From assembly GCA_964401055.1 (NCBI GenBank), contig CAYNWW010000001.1, positions 105,003 to 169,002 of the forward strand: a stretch of 64,000 bases of DNA, given 5' to 3'. Positions within the stretch are counted from its first letter, which is position 1, and every line of letters begins with the position of its first letter. The position numbers and the translations under genes were made by a program. The notes under the pieces were generated by a model. That model saw nothing but the letters and a program-made list of their open reading frames with translations, searched no databases and was not told where the DNA came from. The stretch comes from an uncultured Candidatus Saccharibacteria bacterium (GTDB lineage: Bacteria > Patescibacteriota > JAUYIX01 > CAYNWW01). Shown in pieces: positions 63,446-64,000 of this stretch.

Positions 63446-64000
63446 GCGCCAGAAGAAGAGCTGCGCTTACAAAGAGCGGTGTTGATGCGTTTGATCCGGT
63501 ATCTGCAAGTGTTGCTACGGTCTCGGTTGATGGTGTTTCATTACCCTGGTTTGTAACAGTCTCAGTTGAAGTTTCTGTGATGCCGCTTGTAGTTGGCGTA
63601 GGACTCACTACGCTTGGCGTAGGAGTGGGAGCAGGAGCAGGAGCAACCGTAGGATTTCCGGTAATTTCTGGATTTGGGGTCACGACTGGTGTAGCTGCTA
63701 CTGAGGTGGTCGCAGTCGAGCTATTGTTTCCAGATGCTGGGTCAGTAAGAGCGCTTGCAACAGTCGCAGTGTTGGAAATTGTTCCTGTGGTACCTGCATT
63801 AATCGTAGTCACAACTGTAAAGGTTGCGCTTGCGCCAGCCGCCAGCGTGCTTGCAGTGCAGGTAATCAAGCCTGTTGTAGTTTGAGATACGGTGCATGCT
63901 GAGCTTGTGCCCTGAGAAACAAACGTAACCGTTGAAGGAAGTTGATCAGTCACAACAACCGCTGTAGCTGGGTTTTGGCTATTATTAGTAACAACAAGTG
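63411..64000 (-). CDS. Sortase-substrate surface protein with DUF11-like repeats (C-terminal part, continues beyond the window)
   Basis: The C-terminal sorting signal is LADTG followed by a TM (LFVSAALLLALEAI) and an RRYRKFA tail. Upstream are TVT...ATV-type DUF11-like repeats and a Pro/Thr linker. The reading frame stays open to position 64000. Confidence 0.6.
   Translation of the reverse strand, partial: LVVTNNSQNPATAVVVTDQLPSTVTFVSQGTSSACTVSQTTTGLITCTASTLAAGASATFTVVTTINAGTTGTISNTATVASALTDPASGNNSSTATTSVAATPVVTPNPEITGNPTVAPAPAPTPTPSVVSPTPTTSGITETSTETVTNQGNETPSTETVATLADTGSNASTPLFVSAALLLALEAIRRYRKFA

Noticed and set aside
1-64000. Mobile elements, CRISPR arrays, tRNA/rRNA genes, toxin-antitoxin or restriction-modification genes
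   Set aside because: No transposase or integrase motifs, no repeat-spacer architecture, no tRNA-like cloverleaf candidates in the few intergenic regions, and no nuclease or methylase pairs were seen. The only repeat element is the 87-nt terminator duplication.

Overview
This 64-kb window is very gene-dense, has roughly 50-55% GC, and is heavily biased to the minus strand. Most of it is a cell-envelope glycan biosynthesis and surface-protein locus. It contains an initiating polyprenyl-phosphate sugar transferase (WbaP-like), about 11 GT2/GT4 glycosyltransferases, two Wzy/O-antigen-ligase-like polytopic membrane proteins, two short Wzz-like chain-length proteins and a Wzx flippase. It also has the dTDP-rhamnose genes, with rmlA, rmlD and rmlB forming an operon that carries an embedded NUDIX hydrolase, and rmlC lying elsewhere. 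UDP-glucose dehydrogenase, a GalE-like epimerase, a GtrB/Dpm1-like GT2 and a PMT-family GT-C transferase complete the sugar-handling set. Mixed in are secreted or surface proteins: two tandem subtilisin (S8) proteins with FG-GAP repeats, Thr/Pro-linker proteins, a sortase with an LPXTG-type substrate, lipoproteins, and HtrA, CtpA, M23 and PrsW proteases. Housekeeping genes are also present: rplI, rnpB (RNase P RNA), proS (archaeal type) and typA. Gene content (long-form RmlA, archaeal-type ProRS, sortase, PrsW, DUF4012-like protein, no outer-membrane machinery recognised) suggests a monoderm bacterium, possibly from the Patescibacteria, but this is an inference. No CRISPR array, transposase, integrase, tRNA or rRNA gene was recognised. 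Points worth a second look are: an ORC/Arch_ATPase-like AAA+ protein with a winged-helix tail that heads and is translationally coupled to a 12-kb glycosyltransferase operon ending in rplI; an 87-nt terminator-containing direct repeat that flanks a low-GC two-gene cassette; a putative protein O-glycosylation set (Dpm1-like GT2, PMT-like GT-C and several Thr/Pro-linker surface proteins); sugar-nucleotide genes co-transcribed with the S8/FG-GAP proteases; and a degenerate GGDEF-like protein.
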